Part shown: positions 1-13,156 of the stretch, in pieces | Layout: each line of letters begins with the position of its first letter | How positions within the stretch are numbered: the stretch's first letter is position 1 | Origin: Takakia lepidozioides | Taxonomy: Eukaryota > Plantae > Bryophyta | Length of the DNA stretch: 64,000 bases | Assembly (NCBI GenBank): GCA_030704615.1 | Contig: CM060731.1 | Location: 3,038,001-3,102,000, forward strand | Direction: 5' to 3' | The notes under the pieces: model-generated | Databases searched by the model: none | Seen by the model: only the letters and a program-made list of their open reading frames with translations | What the model was told of the DNA's origin: nothing | Program-made: the position numbers and the translations under genes

Positions 1-229
1 ACGGGGCTGCAAGTGCAAACTTAGATAAAAACATCATCATTAAGAGCGAAGATCCTGATGTACCTACACCAGATAATACCTGCACCAGAAAACACCTACA
101 CTAAAAATACCCAAATTTGATGTACCTATACCTAAATTTGGACCTCCACCTTAATACAATATGTGTCATCCAATGATTTTGGGGTCAAATCTACATTTGC
201 ATAAATAAACATTAGTTTTCTTAAAAAAC

Positions 230-850
230 AAATAGTACTGGAACAATAGTTATGATATATGGATTCTCGTATTCAATTATGCTTAATAATTGGCATGGAC
301 TTGATGTTTGGGATCGAACCTATACTTTTTGCTAAATTTAAGCTTTAGTTTCATGAAAAGAAAAATAGTGGAACAAAAGTTATAATATGTAGATTGTAGT
401 ATTCAGCAAAATTCAATAATTGTATGGTATAGAGCATTGATCTTGGATGACCAAAGTTTTCAAATCGAACCTTTGCAAAGGGGGATGAAATATAACAGGG
501 TGGCAGAAATGATCCACAACAAAAGTTTTTCATTTAGGTCATATATATTCGTTTTTGTAGGAATTAGTGTGTTTGATGAAAAAGTTCACAGGGTGACAGA
601 AATGATCTAAAACAAAAAATCTTTCATTTTAGGTCTTTCCTTTTCAGGTATTTTATTTTTTAGATCTTTCATAACTACTCCCTATGAAAAGACGTAAAGA
701 GCACGTTCATTTAGGTCTTTTATTTGTAGGTCTTTCATGTAGGTCATTCATAACTAACCCCTATGGAAGGACGTTAGAGAAAGCACGTTCATTTAGGTCT
801 TTATTTGTAGGTCTTTCATTTAGGTCATTGATAACTACTCCTATGAAAGG
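230..850. repeat. AT-rich degenerate direct repeats, probable DNA-transposon remnant
   Basis: Repeated blocks: AAATAGT..GGAACAA..TCGAACCT (~230, ~362); CAGGGTG(G/A)CAGAAATGATC (~496, ~588); several TTCATTTAGGTCTTT(T)ATTTGTAGG and ATAACTACTCCCTATG units. Confidence 0.5.
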
Positions 851-1254
851 ATGTCACAAGAAGAGCACCATTCCAGAGTATAAAGGCGACCTTCTGTTTA
901 TCTCAACCTCCTTTGTTTTCTTCTTGTTATGCCTCTTCTTTCTCTAGTTGCAAATCATTTTCTCTCTTTAAGTTTGAAGTTAAGTTAAAAATTAATTGAG
1001 ATGTCTGAAGGACTCCCTAAAACTTGGTGTAAACTGAAACCCGAAGTCTGTAAAACTGAAATTGAAGTATGAAGCAAAACAAAATAGCCTATAGATGTAG
1101 AAAGTCAAATTAAATCCGAGCAACAGCAAGTCCTAGCATATACTAAATGATTGCAAAGCTGAAGCAGAATAGACATGAAAACATCATATAGTTTAGTATG
1201 TTGTATGATCTAGGTCATCTACACATAGCAGAGCGTACTCTCGCTTGACTGCTC

Positions 1255-1965
1255 CTGCCAATTTTCATTTTATAGACCTTAGTTTTCAGTTTACAGCAAA
1301 ATTTTCAGCCAGTCTTTCAGACATCACAGTTCATTTTAACACTACCATTGATTTCAGTTTTTATGACTTCAGTTTTCAGTTTACAGCAAGATTTTCGACC
1401 AGTCCTTCAGATATCTCAGTTAATTTTTATTACCAATATATTTAGTTTTCAGTTTTATATACCTCACTTTTCAGTTTAAGCAAGATTTTCCAGCCAGACC
1501 TTCAGTCAATTTTTTAACTATCGTTTATTTCAGTTTTATAGACTTTAGTTTGCAGTTTTACAGACCTCAGTTTTCAGTTTATAGCAGACATCTCAGTTAA
1601 TTTTTTTAATTACCATTGATTTCAGTTTTAAGTTTTACAGTTTTAATTTTCAGTTATATAGACTTCAGCTTTGAGTTTTACATACCTCAGTTTTCAGTTT
1701 TCAGTTTTCAGCAAGATTTTCAGCCAGATAGACTTCAATTTTCAGTTTTACAGACCTCAGTTTCCAAGATTTTCAGCCAGTCCTTCAAACATCTCAGTTA
1801 ATTTTTTAGCTACTATTGATTTCAGTTTTACAGACTTCAATTTTCTGTTTACAGTAAGATTTTTCAGCCAGTTTTTCAGACATCTCAGTTAATTTTTACT
1901 ACCATTGATTTCAGTTTTACAGACTTCAGTTTTCAGTTTTGCAAACTTCAGAATTTTAGTTTACA
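1255..1965. repeat. Degenerate TTTCAGTTTT(A/C)CAGAC minisatellite
   Basis: Dozens of TTCAGTTT units nested in longer repeats (CAAGATTTTCAGCCAG...ATCTCAGTTAATTTTT...CCATTGATTTCAG). An inverted copy of the motif lies at ~1030-1068. Confidence 0.75.
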
Positions 1966-4900
1966 CCTACCAACAATGTATATAAGGAGTTATGGAGGCA
2001 TATTGGACATATCACAAACATATATATAGCTTTCAAACTACCAAACCATGTTGTTTAATATCCCTTCAGATCTATATATTTTCTCTAATTTATCATAAAT
2101 GACTTCCACATTCAATTTTATCTTTTCGTATTTGTTTCTTGCATTTAATTTATTATTATCAGGACTGCCAGCAGCACCATTTCAATTTTGTGATTAGGGT
2201 GGAGCCATTACGCACTAGCTGCTTTTTAGTAAAAGATTATGTTTAATTTTCAAACAAGTTCAATTGATTGTATGATAAATTAATCATACTACTTACTTTA
2301 TGATTTTTATTTTTAGTTTGTCCAAGAAAACACCAGCCCTAGCGACTAGGGCTTGAGGGGCAGAACAAACCCCTTGGTGAAGCCATGGAGGCACTACAAG
2401 GCAATGCCCCGGCCCGAAGGCAGAGTGGCCCGAAGGCAGAGTGACAGATGACAGGGGTTTGAACCCAGACCCACAGCCCATAGCCCTGTTGTATTTATGT
2501 TTATTTTTATTTTCTTACAAGGGACACACCTGTAATAATTATCCCCTTATCAATAAAGTTTTACTGAGGGCTACTTCCCCTCTTAAGAAGAAACAAACAC
2601 CTGGGGACAACTGCTTACAAATCAGGCCCCATAATTATAATGAGAGGAAAAAATAACCTCTTTGACAGTAACCTCGCCCGTGAAGGCTTTCGTATGGGAC
2701 ACCGCCCAATGATATATATCATTTTCACAATATCATGATTCGGATCACATTTTTAAAATATGATATCGTCGATTTCCACAATATCATTGATTCGCACTAT
2801 TAGTAACGACTTTTGAGAACAATGTTTAAGTTTTAAAAGGTTTTTAAGGCCATTAGAAGGTTTTTATCTTCCAAACAGAGGCAATAGTCCTTCACTATAA
2901 ATTTAATTTAAAGATGTTATTAATTTTTAAATCAAACGTATTTAGTCAATTAATGGTATTGTATTTATTCTAGAAAGAAAAGTCTTCCACTATAGCTGAC
3001 ATAACTAAGAGCCGCTTCATTTTATGCCTATTGTTCCTCGTCAAGAGTGGATTCTATAAAGGTTTTATAAAATATTTAAACATAGAGACTATATAGATGA
3101 ACATACATCTACATAACATTCTAGACTAACATAAGAGACTCTCAAATTAGTATGTGTTAGTGTAATATAAATGAGGGTTAGACTTGGGCTTCGTTATTGG
3201 TGTTGGACCACATTAAACAGGTTTTCGACACATTAAGTATGATGATAAATGTTAAGTGATGGCTTTTAAATATGATGAAACAAAGCAGGCATATACGTGT
3301 ATTTTAACCCTACATATTTATGGATCTTTGACTACATTGATAATCGGCTCTAACCGGTCATCCCATTATGAATGACAGACTCTAGATGATCCACCCAGTA
3401 TTTTGAAAAAATATATTAGAAAATAGATATGGATAATAGCATCTATTGTACCAAGATACATTTTTTGACTAGGCTATTTAGGGAGTCTTGTAAAGTTGAG
3501 TCATAATGTATGTGGTATATGTCATAAATTTTGTTCATGTGTATTTATAATATATTAATAGATCTATATTTTAAATTGTCCATATATATATAAAGGACAT
3601 TCTCCTATTTACAAAAAAAAGAAGAAAAGAAGAAGAAAAAGGACAAAATTCCAATATTAAGAAATTTGATTGTCATTAGTTAATATAATTATCATATTTA
3701 TAATATATGTATTTGTACTATCGTAATATTTTAGTAAATTGAAATGTTCTCACCACAAAACCAAAGGGTTGAACTTTTGAGGGTTTCAAAAATAAACCAT
3801 TGATTTCTGTTTGGTGGTTTTATCATCATTAAAATTTAGAAGTGCTACCACATTTACATTGGAATATGTGAAGAACAAAAAGAAAAAAAGAAAACAATAG
3901 GCCATATGGCACAGTCACAGTGGGCAACCAGATCCCAGTCCACCTACATCACCAAAATCTGCCACCTGACCTAACCTCATCCTAAACTAGCTGTTACAGT
4001 AACACAGAGCATCCACTTAGAGTCACATCTCATTCCCTTCCAACTACCCATCATCCATTAAGGGAGAACAATATCGAGGGGGGAATCCCGGCCAGATAGG
4101 CCCCTGAGTCTTAATACTTAATAGAGGATGGGATAGTGACCCTTAAGGAAAAAGAATTTATAACATTTGATAGACAATTTAATCACATGTCAAAAATGAA
4201 TCTCGGCAAACGTCAAACTTAATTGGCAATTTGCCACCCATAATCACGGCCCTCACAGAGCTGCTAACGAATTTTTGAAGATTTTGGGCATACTTCTGTT
4301 GGCTTCTTCCTACTATCAACGAGAACAGTATTAATCTATGTAAAGTCCTCATTTTGATCAAAATTTTCATTAAAAAGAGAAGACATTGAGTGCATGTGGT
4401 ATTATTCCCCCACCCTTCCATTGAGCCTTGAGCAACCAAGACTGCTTCAAATGCCCAAATGGAGCCGCTCTTTGAGATAGTGCTCCCATCTTTTTATCCA
4501 ACAAAACAAAGTGGTTCCGCACCGGTTCCCAAGATACTCAAAAGTAACACAGAAAGCAGCTCAACTAGAGACAACGCCTGCATCCCTGGGACTTCTTAAA
4601 CTGATTGTCTGAGATGGCAAACTCTCAACCACCCAGGATCAACAGCCATTATAGAACTGATTGACCCTTTTGATCTGAGGACGAGAATTTTCCAAAAGGA
4701 ATTTGTAACCCCCCCTTCAAAATTACATATCATCATGAGAGGAACAGTAAACCTCAAGGGCTCGATCCAAAGGCTTGCCTAGCACCTCACCCCTGCAGGT
4801 CAGAACAGCACACAGTTGCAGTGGTTCAAAACCACAACACTGTAAATGCCTGTCAATTGAGCAACCCATTTAGCGTTTTGTTCTGTGGATGTGATTCTAA

Positions 4901-4970
4901 GAAGTGCATACAAATCCCAATAGAACAGGTCTGTTTTGCTGCATGGAATATCTGTCAAGCATGGTTGCAG

Positions 4971-7900
4971 CTATGCCTGAAAATGTTGTTCATGCGGATG
5001 TCATTTTTCAGAGTCTATACTAATAATTCAGTTCCTACTAAATACATCAATCTGTTATCACACATGGACTTTTTTGGTTCAAATATTCCCATGTAGTAGT
5101 GCATATGCCTGCATTAAGTAGCTTATGCTCTTCATAAGAATGTTGGCCATAGGCAAGGCCCCGCCATCAAGATGGGCTTGTATGGGTGTACATTGAGTTG
5201 TTTATCTGGCACACCATGCATTGCAGGCTGGTATGTGCTTTACTGCACAAAAAGACGATCATGGAATGGCAAATGCCCATACCTGAGCACTAAGTATTTC
5301 AACAGCCAACACGATGTCCCCATTCGCAGCAACCAATGCATGGGTTGCTGTAGTCTGCGTGCACATTAGCAACCAGTAACTTAGTGCTTGCTAGGATGCT
5401 CGAACTGTGATGACCCCCTAGTGAAAATTCGAACCACACCACAAATCCATCCTGATGTTTGTATTTGACAACTGGGTCCTAGTTCAACACACCTAGGCAG
5501 AGCAAAAAGGGTTGGTTTAAAAATACCAAACTTTCGTTCAGATGGCTATAGGAACAAGTACAGCGTCCAGGAAGAAACGAAATCTTTTGTCTGGACAATT
5601 CAACACAAAATGTTGGCGCACAAGATTACCTGGTCAAAGCCCATAGAGACAAGGCTTGAAATGGCAAGGTTACCATTCTCCCCTTGCATCTCCTGAACCC
5701 AAAGTATGCCCATTACTCTCTAAACCCAGTTGTCTTCCATTCATCTTCCCTCACAAATCCTGAGATCCAACAATGACAGGGTGACTATGGAGCCCTTAAT
5801 GAAACATATGGGGAGAGAATGTACTCATAAGAAGTCGTTTTGCCGTACACCAAGACCCCTCCCCAGTTTGGGTGGAACAAAAGGGAACAGATACTACCTT
5901 TGTGAGGGGCTCACTCTGGTAGTGTGATACCTTGTTAGAGACAATTAGTTTGGGTTTTCCAGATATCCCCTAGAAGCCCTTCACACAAGCATCAATCTGC
6001 CGTGTGTGAGTTGCCCAGCAATTAGACCCCAACAGGGCAAGGGCTTTAGGGGAGAGAATGTACTCATAAGACGTCGTTTGCCGCAGCCTTGTGGCCATTG
6101 ACCCCATGCCCAGTTTGAGCGGAACCAAAGGGACAGAAACTACCTTTGTCAGGGTTGTCGCCAGTAGTATGACTTACCTTGAAATAGACATTTGATCCTA
6201 GTTTCTCCAGATATCCCTCTAGAAATCATCAATCTGCTGTGTGTGATGTGCCCAATAACTATACCCCAAAAGGGCCTGGGCATTTGGCTCAGGCCTCGAG
6301 ATTTTCAAACTTGGTAACTAGAGGTACAGGAACAATTCCCTTGATGGATTTGAAGAGCGTATCTCTCTGGTGAGAGTACCCAGGACAATGAATCAGAAAG
6401 TGGATATTGTCTTCAGGTTTGCCCACATAACGGGCATTTGCAATCCCACTTTCCTCTCTGTGTCTGATTGCTGTTCAAAGGGCCCTGAGTTCACTTTAAT
6501 TCTAGTGCCAAAAGTGGGTAAGCCCTTGAGGTCATCCAGCCTCACCCATGTCAAAGACTGGAAACAAGTTCAGGGAAGTTTTCTGCCTAACTTCATTTTC
6601 ATCAGACAATTTCCTGGCAACAGACGTGGCTCAGGGAAGAGAATGTACTCATAAGAAGTTGTTTTGCCGTAGCCTTGTGGCCATTGACCCCGCGCTCAGT
6701 TTGGGCGAACACAAAGGGACAGAAACTATCTTTTCAGGGGCTGATGCCAGTAGTATGACAACAGACAATTAATCCGAGTTTTCCAGATCTCGAGAATCTA
6801 GAGATTCTCGGATTAATTGTCTCTAGGAGAACCTCTAGAAATCTCTTCACACAAGCATCAATCTGCTGTGTGCTCAGGGGAGAGATTGTACTCATAAGAC
6901 ATTGTTTGCCGTAGCCTGTGGCCATTGACCCCGCGCCCAGTTTGAACTGAACATATAGGGACAGAAACTACCTTTGTCAGGGGCTTACGCCGTAGTATGA
7001 TTTACCTTGGAATAAACAGTTGATCCGAGATTTCCAGATATCCTCCAGAAATCCCTTCACACAAGCAGCAATCTAATGTGTGTGATTTGCCCAATAGCTA
7101 GACCCCAAAGGCCTGGCTTTTGGCTCAGCCTCAAGATTTTCAAAGTTGTTAAACAGAGGTCAGGCACAATTTCCTTGATGGAATTGAAGAGGGTGTCCCG
7201 TTGGTGAGAGTACCCAGGACAATGAATCAGGAAGTGATATTGTCTTCAGGTTGCCCACACAACGGGCACTTACAATCCCCCTTTCCTCTCTGCGACTGTT
7301 TGTTTGTTCAAAGGTAGGCTACCCGCCCTGAGTTTGAATTTCAGTCTAGTGCCGAGGGTGGGTAGACCCTTGAGGTCATCCGTGATGGCCTCACCCATGT
7401 CACAGACTGGAAAGAGGTTCAGGGAGTTTTCTGCCTAACTTCATTTTCTTCAGACAATTTCCTGGCAATAGACATGGCTTCGGAAACTTCAGCTTCTACC
7501 AAATTTATCCAGCAGGGTCATGGCTAGTGGACTAAGATTCAGATCCTTGAAAAATCCTTCTACCCTTTTCCGCCAGGATTTTAGCCTGTTTGACAGGGCG
7601 GTCCTGCTTCCAAGATAAGAGTCGCTTAACTTAGGATATCTGGTATTAGCCATACGTTGCAGCTGACCCCACCTCTGATTTTGAATTCATTGCGTCGGGA
7701 GCTTAAGGGAGGAATGCCAAACACACTGAAGTTAGAAGCAACTTGTTTGGAAATATCTGAGTCTCACTCTTACATGAGATGCAACCACACCCCACAAAGA
7801 ACACCATCCACAAGTAACAGGATATGGCACACCATGTCAGATCATCTCAACTTACCTGATCCTCAGCAGTGTTGCTTGGTTCCTGAAGGTGCCCTGTTTT

Positions 7901-10900
7901 GTCCCAGAGCCCCTGACCTGCAACCACTCTCAATCAACCCCCTCTAAGTTCCAAATGATGTTTGGTGCTGCAGCATGCAAAATCATATGTGGATCTCGAA
8001 CATGAAAACTTTGACCTAGCCCCTCTCCCCTCTCTCCCTCTCTCTCCCCTATACCCATTAAGGAAATAGCCACCAAGCACGGGGGCCCATTGCAATATTA
8101 CCTGACAGGTGATGATGTCACGGCAGAGGCCCCCTGTTGCATTTCAGTGTCGATCCTTGACTAGTATGGTCCAAGAGCCTTGTTTGCAACTCAGACTGGT
8201 TACCACCAGTCTTCAGCCGCCGGCTTCCTGCATTGAATGTAGGTAGTTGTCTGACTGGTGGTGGTGGGATTGCACTAGGAGGTCCTAGCACCTGCCCTCG
8301 TCCAGGGAACCTCTGTAGACATCCAAGTTGTTGTAGGTCAATACACGAACAAGGCCTTACAACCAGGAGGAATGATTGCGTACTTGTCAACTATCTGCCA
8401 TTTGTGACTGGTGACCTACAAATCAACGTTCGTGTGCGATACATAACGTCTTTGAGAAAACACAATAAAAGGCCAAAGAAATAAAAGCTGCTGAGACTCC
8501 AGGACTCTCAGGTCATTCTTCTATAGCCCCAATTCATTCTGTCCATATTAAAGCTCTCAATTTCAACGGTGCCTGTGTGACTTGACAGCTTCAATCTCAA
8601 AATAGCACAAATAAAATAACAAAACAGCCATTTATAGCTATGTTCACATGAGCCACTGAAGAAGTTGTTTTATGTGGTGCCAAAAGGAGCTTCAATTAAA
8701 AAATGAAGCTGATGTAAACCTCATCTGTTGGAGGCTGCTGTGCCTGCGGCATCCACGATTGCATGCTGCTCATCACCCTTCTGTACACTCGCCACCAGCA
8801 CTGCACCCCATGCAACCACAAGTGGATTAACCAAGATCTCATACTCCAGAGAGCATTTTCTGCACCTTCAAAGCAAAACCCTTTCAAATGTGAGGGAAGC
8901 ACCAGAATCCATCATAAAGAAGTAACCTTGGTGACAGCTTGAGGGACGAGAACCAAGTCTGACAACGTGAAAACTAAATGAGCGAAGCTGGCTTCAAATA
9001 TTTTGTATCCACCTGCATTACTAGTCAGGCATGCCTGGGAAGAGGGCACTAGGGCTGACAGTCTTATGGAAGCTCTGCTCCTAGGGCACACAATTAGGAC
9101 CCACGTATGATCAGCACCACCAACAACCAATACTCACCTGGGCATTGAATAGGAGGGGAGAGAAAGCGAGGGAGTGCCAGCACTCCCCCCGACAATGAAG
9201 CCAGACCTCCTGATAAGTGGTGCCTGCTTTCACAATCCCAACCTTTATTATAAGTTTAAAAACATCTCACCACCCATTTTGCCCTCCCGCACACTCCAAG
9301 CATGTCTTTGCAAATAGATATTTATGTGTTTGGTAGTGCAACCAACATCGATCACAAAACCAAAGTTAGTTGCATGAGAGTAAGAAAAGCCCAAATCCTT
9401 CAGAATTGCACAATATGGACTGAGCATATGGACAAGAACATTTGAATTACTTTCCATTACTTTCCCCTTCCCTAATGAGTTACATGGTGAAGATGACATT
9501 TGCAACAAATTCTCCTTAACAATGGAAAACACAACGGCAAGTTTCAAGCAAGTTGTATGTGGCCACATTGACAAGTCTTTCAACTCTTGAGGTGTTCCAA
9601 ATGTACATCATATGTGTGGGCGAGAACTTACGAGGAGGTGTGACCCTTCAATGTTAGCATACTTTGCAGGGCTGAGCAACAATACGTTAAGAGGCCAAAG
9701 TATCTGCATCACAGTTTCTATGAATGCATTACAACAAGACCCAACTTCCATATGTCATATAAAGAAGGGTCCTATCTAGCTCGCCCCCTGGGCCACCTAG
9801 GGACATTATAAGTTCTTTTGTTCCTCTCTCTTTCACTTTCTCTCTCTCTCTCTCTCCTATTCCCTGGGTCAATGGCCACAAGGCTACGGCAAACAACGTC
9901 TTATGAGTACAATCTCTCCTATTCCCTGTCTATGGCCACAAGGCTACGGCAAATAACGTCTCATGGGTACATTCTCTCCTATTCCTTTTTGTTCAACCCA
10001 AACTGGGCACAGGTCTATGGTCACAAGGCTACAGCAAACAATGTCTCATGAGTATATTCTCTGTCCTATAGGACAGCCTTATAACCAACGCTCCATTACA
10101 TCGTATGTTGCCAGTCACATGCTGCAGTCTTGATGAGACTCAACCTCAATTCTCCCTCTCTTTTGTCCTACGAGAAATAATTTAAAAGGTATAAGAGGGA
10201 ACGAACAAGCAAAGCCAGATAAGATGCCACTAAGATGCCCCAGCAGTGACACCCTTGGCATCAAAAACTGAAATAGTATGAGAAGCGCCCATGGATACCT
10301 GCCCACCATATCCCAGCTCACGGCATGTTAGAGAGGTTGTAACCCATGGCCTTGATGAGCTACTACAAGTATTTGTAACCTCCTTGGATTAGATCCCCCA
10401 AACTTGAAGAAACCGGCCGAGGGACATGCATGCTGCTGAATTGCTATATTACCTCAATCAAGTAGAATTGATAGGGTCGTTTGTAGAATTTCCAAGCCTC
10501 CAACTAATGTCTTACTCATCCTCAAAAATGCATCATAAGCCACAATCCCCATGTGCAAAGCAATGCTGCCTAACCTATGCAGAAAAATGGATGTGTACCT
10601 AACATGTACGAACTTTGCTCTCAATCAAGTGCAATTTTCCTTTGATTGCTTATTGGAGCTGAAATCTGCCCTTTGTAACTACAGCTGAAACTTAATGACA
10701 ATACTTACCATTTTGCCGGCACATTGAAGAATCCAAAGATGCTGCACAACAGCACCACACGGCTCAGATTACCCAGCCCTTGACAGGTTTCTGAAGCAAA
10801 GGGCAAACAGAACAGTAAGATTCAGAAAACTCTCTTCAATGCCCATTATGCACCTCACCCACAGTGAAGGCAGCAAACATCACTTCTCCTGTTGTTGGGT

Positions 10901-13156
10901 CGCCAACAAAGGAGGGAAGGCTCATTCAAAATAGCTACTGACCTAGAGCATAATGGTATAAGCCTATCTGACCACAAGACTTACCTGTCAACAAAGACAA
11001 AAGTCTTCTTCAAGCTGCCTAAGTAAGTCAACACGTGTTTTAATGGATAAGAACGTAAGCAGCTACTCAACAAAACTGGCGCACCTGCGTGTTTGGGCAG
11101 TACTTAGGCTGGTCTCCATAACAATCAGTGCAAAAATCACCCCAGAGAAGCCAATCCCGCACTCATACAGTAGGCTCAGATACCCGTGTACAGGATTGTA
11201 GGCTGCCACATAAGCTATCACGACCTGGATAAGAGCATTGCTGGTCGCCAATAGAAAGAGGACATGGAGATAGCGAAAAGATCCTAGCATGCGCTCCAAG
11301 GCACTGCCGATGGGGACCAATGCCAGCATGTTGAACACCACATGCAAGATAGAGGCGTGGAACACCGCCGATGTATATGCCCGGTACACTGCGCCCTTTG
11401 TCCAAGGTGATGAATGAGTAGAGCCAACTAGGATTCACTTTCCAGTAGACTTTCTAACTGTAACTCTAGTAGATGGACTGAAATTGCATCTAATCAAGTT
11501 AGCACCCTACATCTGGGCTCGATGCCAATTTCAACAAGACCATTTTCTCCAGCATCCAAGTAAATACAGACAATACAGACAACACTTGTTTTTGAGGCAA
11601 TTTGACTTGAGATGATAGGAGACAGAACATAACTACATTAAAACACCTTACTTTCAGACATTAATCCAGAAAGATGAACATGGGCTAAGCGTGGGCAATG
11701 ACAGATTCTTCCACTTACCTCCAATTTATAGGGAAGGGAAGAGCAGATGATGCACTGCACCTTATGGCAAGCCAGGTAATTGACAGCACCAAATGGTTCT
11801 AATGCAATCTACCATTTCCCACAGAGGATAGTACACTTCTCAATAAGTTGAAACATGCGATCAGACCTCAGAAACAGCTTGTAAGTTGGCTTCATTTATG
11901 TAACATTTCCAGTCATGGAGCAAAGCAAACACTGACATATTGTGTCCAAAAGGGTAGAATATGGCACACCTTGCCATCTGTGGACAATGCTTGATGGCGA
12001 TAGACAGACTTCATCAAAGGAATCGTATCCCAGAAGGAGAGTTGTGACATAGATAGCCCCACACAAAACCACCACTGCTGCGGTTACACTTGGCACTGAT
12101 GCCCACCACTGGCTCGCTCGAGTGCTCAGGCTCGCCTGCCACCCACACACGCTGGCTTGCTTGCATGTCCAGACTACATATGGGCACACAACCATGTAGC
12201 CTCTTAGGCCTAGAGTTCCTACAACTGCTAAGGCCGCATATCGTGAATTTTCTAGCAGGAAAGAGTTGATAAGACTGCAATTCGCCATCTGAGGCCCAGT
12301 TTGGCCTGCACGGCATTTTACTCGTAAGGAATCCCTGTTTTGACATTGAGTGATATGTCTTCAATTTGTATTCATGGTTGCAGGACAATCGGAAGGGGAG
12401 TCGAACAAGCGCAGCCTCCCAGTTGCTACCAACAAAACCCCATAAGCAAGCAGGAACGGGCATGTTCCTTAAACCCTACTAGTACCGTTTGTAACACCTT
12501 ACTACATAATTACGGGGTACTACATGCTGATTGGAAAGAGCATCCCCACTTGAGAATGTGCTAAACTCATGTCTGTTTGAAGCCTTCAAAGATCTTATCA
12601 CACAAGTGGAAATTATTTCTGAACATCATGCACCATCATTCTATCTTCACGCTGTTGAGGAAATTTTCAACAACAACTCTTGCCAAGCACGAAATTTGGA
12701 ATTCAGTGCACATGCCTGGCATTGGCCTCGAGCAGGATCTCCTGGAACAGAGAAGAGAATATAGAACCCCGCGGTAACTCCTGAGGGTTCTACCCGTTAC
12801 GTTTACTGGTGACCATAATTTAGAAGTCTGTGTGCAACCCCGGTTTATATCATACATGGATGCCTTTCCAACCACTTTTTCAGACAAGTTCCTTGGTTCT
12901 ACTGCAACCCATGAGATCCCTGCCTACGATGCGACGGATCGGATTTTCCAAAATCCATGAATTTCTGGGTCCCCTCTCGGGTACAGACCTCTACGCGGCA
13001 CTGGCAGATCATTCACAACTCCTTGGATATTCCGCGATCCAGAAAGGTTAAATAGCTCACCCGCACTACTTCTTCCTGGGTTTCATCTGGCATACCACTC
13101 TAAGCATATCGATGGTGGGAGGATGATGAGCCCACCTCTGTGACCACGTTCCTCAT
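4971..13156 (-). CDS. RBL15: Rhomboid-like protein with C-terminal UBA domain (RBL15 type), ~13 exons
   Basis: GT-AG exons reconstructed: MRNVVTE (13156-13136); ASLSTRASQWW...RWQ (12135-11970); YRAYTSAVFHASILHVVFNMLAL...GFSGVIF (~11389-11085); small exon ~10742-10708; YPWALL...LLGHLSGILSGFA (~10298-10208); 9703-9632; APLIRRSGFIVGG (~9223-9138); SWMPQ (8781-8720); RFPGRG..LQTRLLD (8312-8102); 7917-7856; ISSLVSMGFDQ (5692-5630); ALVAANGDIVLAVEILSAQ (5354-5283); A-stop (4976-4971). Rhomboid GFSG serine and GH histidine are present. Apparent frameshifts in three exons. Confidence 0.9.
5809..7770 (-). mobile_element. Four head-to-tail 5'-truncated copies of an RTE/RTEX-like non-LTR retrotransposon 3' end (intronic)
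   Basis: Minus strand encodes WGQLQRMANTRYPK (RTE-type W.GH..RM...R.PK), the CCHC finger CPLCGQ.EDNIHFLIHC (twice), then FLEDIWKSR..SP-stop and a shared 3' end ...CTTATGAGTACA(T/A)TCT(C/T)(T/C)CCC. Copies at ~7770-6877, 6876-6634, 6633-6049, 6048-5809. Confidence 0.8.
9865..10061 (+). mobile_element. Three ~50-65 bp copies of the same LINE 3' terminus next to a (TC)n tract
   Basis: GGCCACAAGGCTACGGCAAACAACGTCTTATGAGTACAATCTCTCC is the reverse complement of the 3' end seen at 5809-7000. It occurs three times after the TC microsatellite at ~9822-9858. Confidence 0.75.

Noticed and set aside
6049-6185. Repeat resembling a U1 snRNA 5' end (GGGGTCAATGG on the minus strand) or a hammerhead core
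   Set aside because: Only a short match, with no ATACTTACCTG start and no CTGATGA core. It is explained as the LINE stop codon and 3' UTR.
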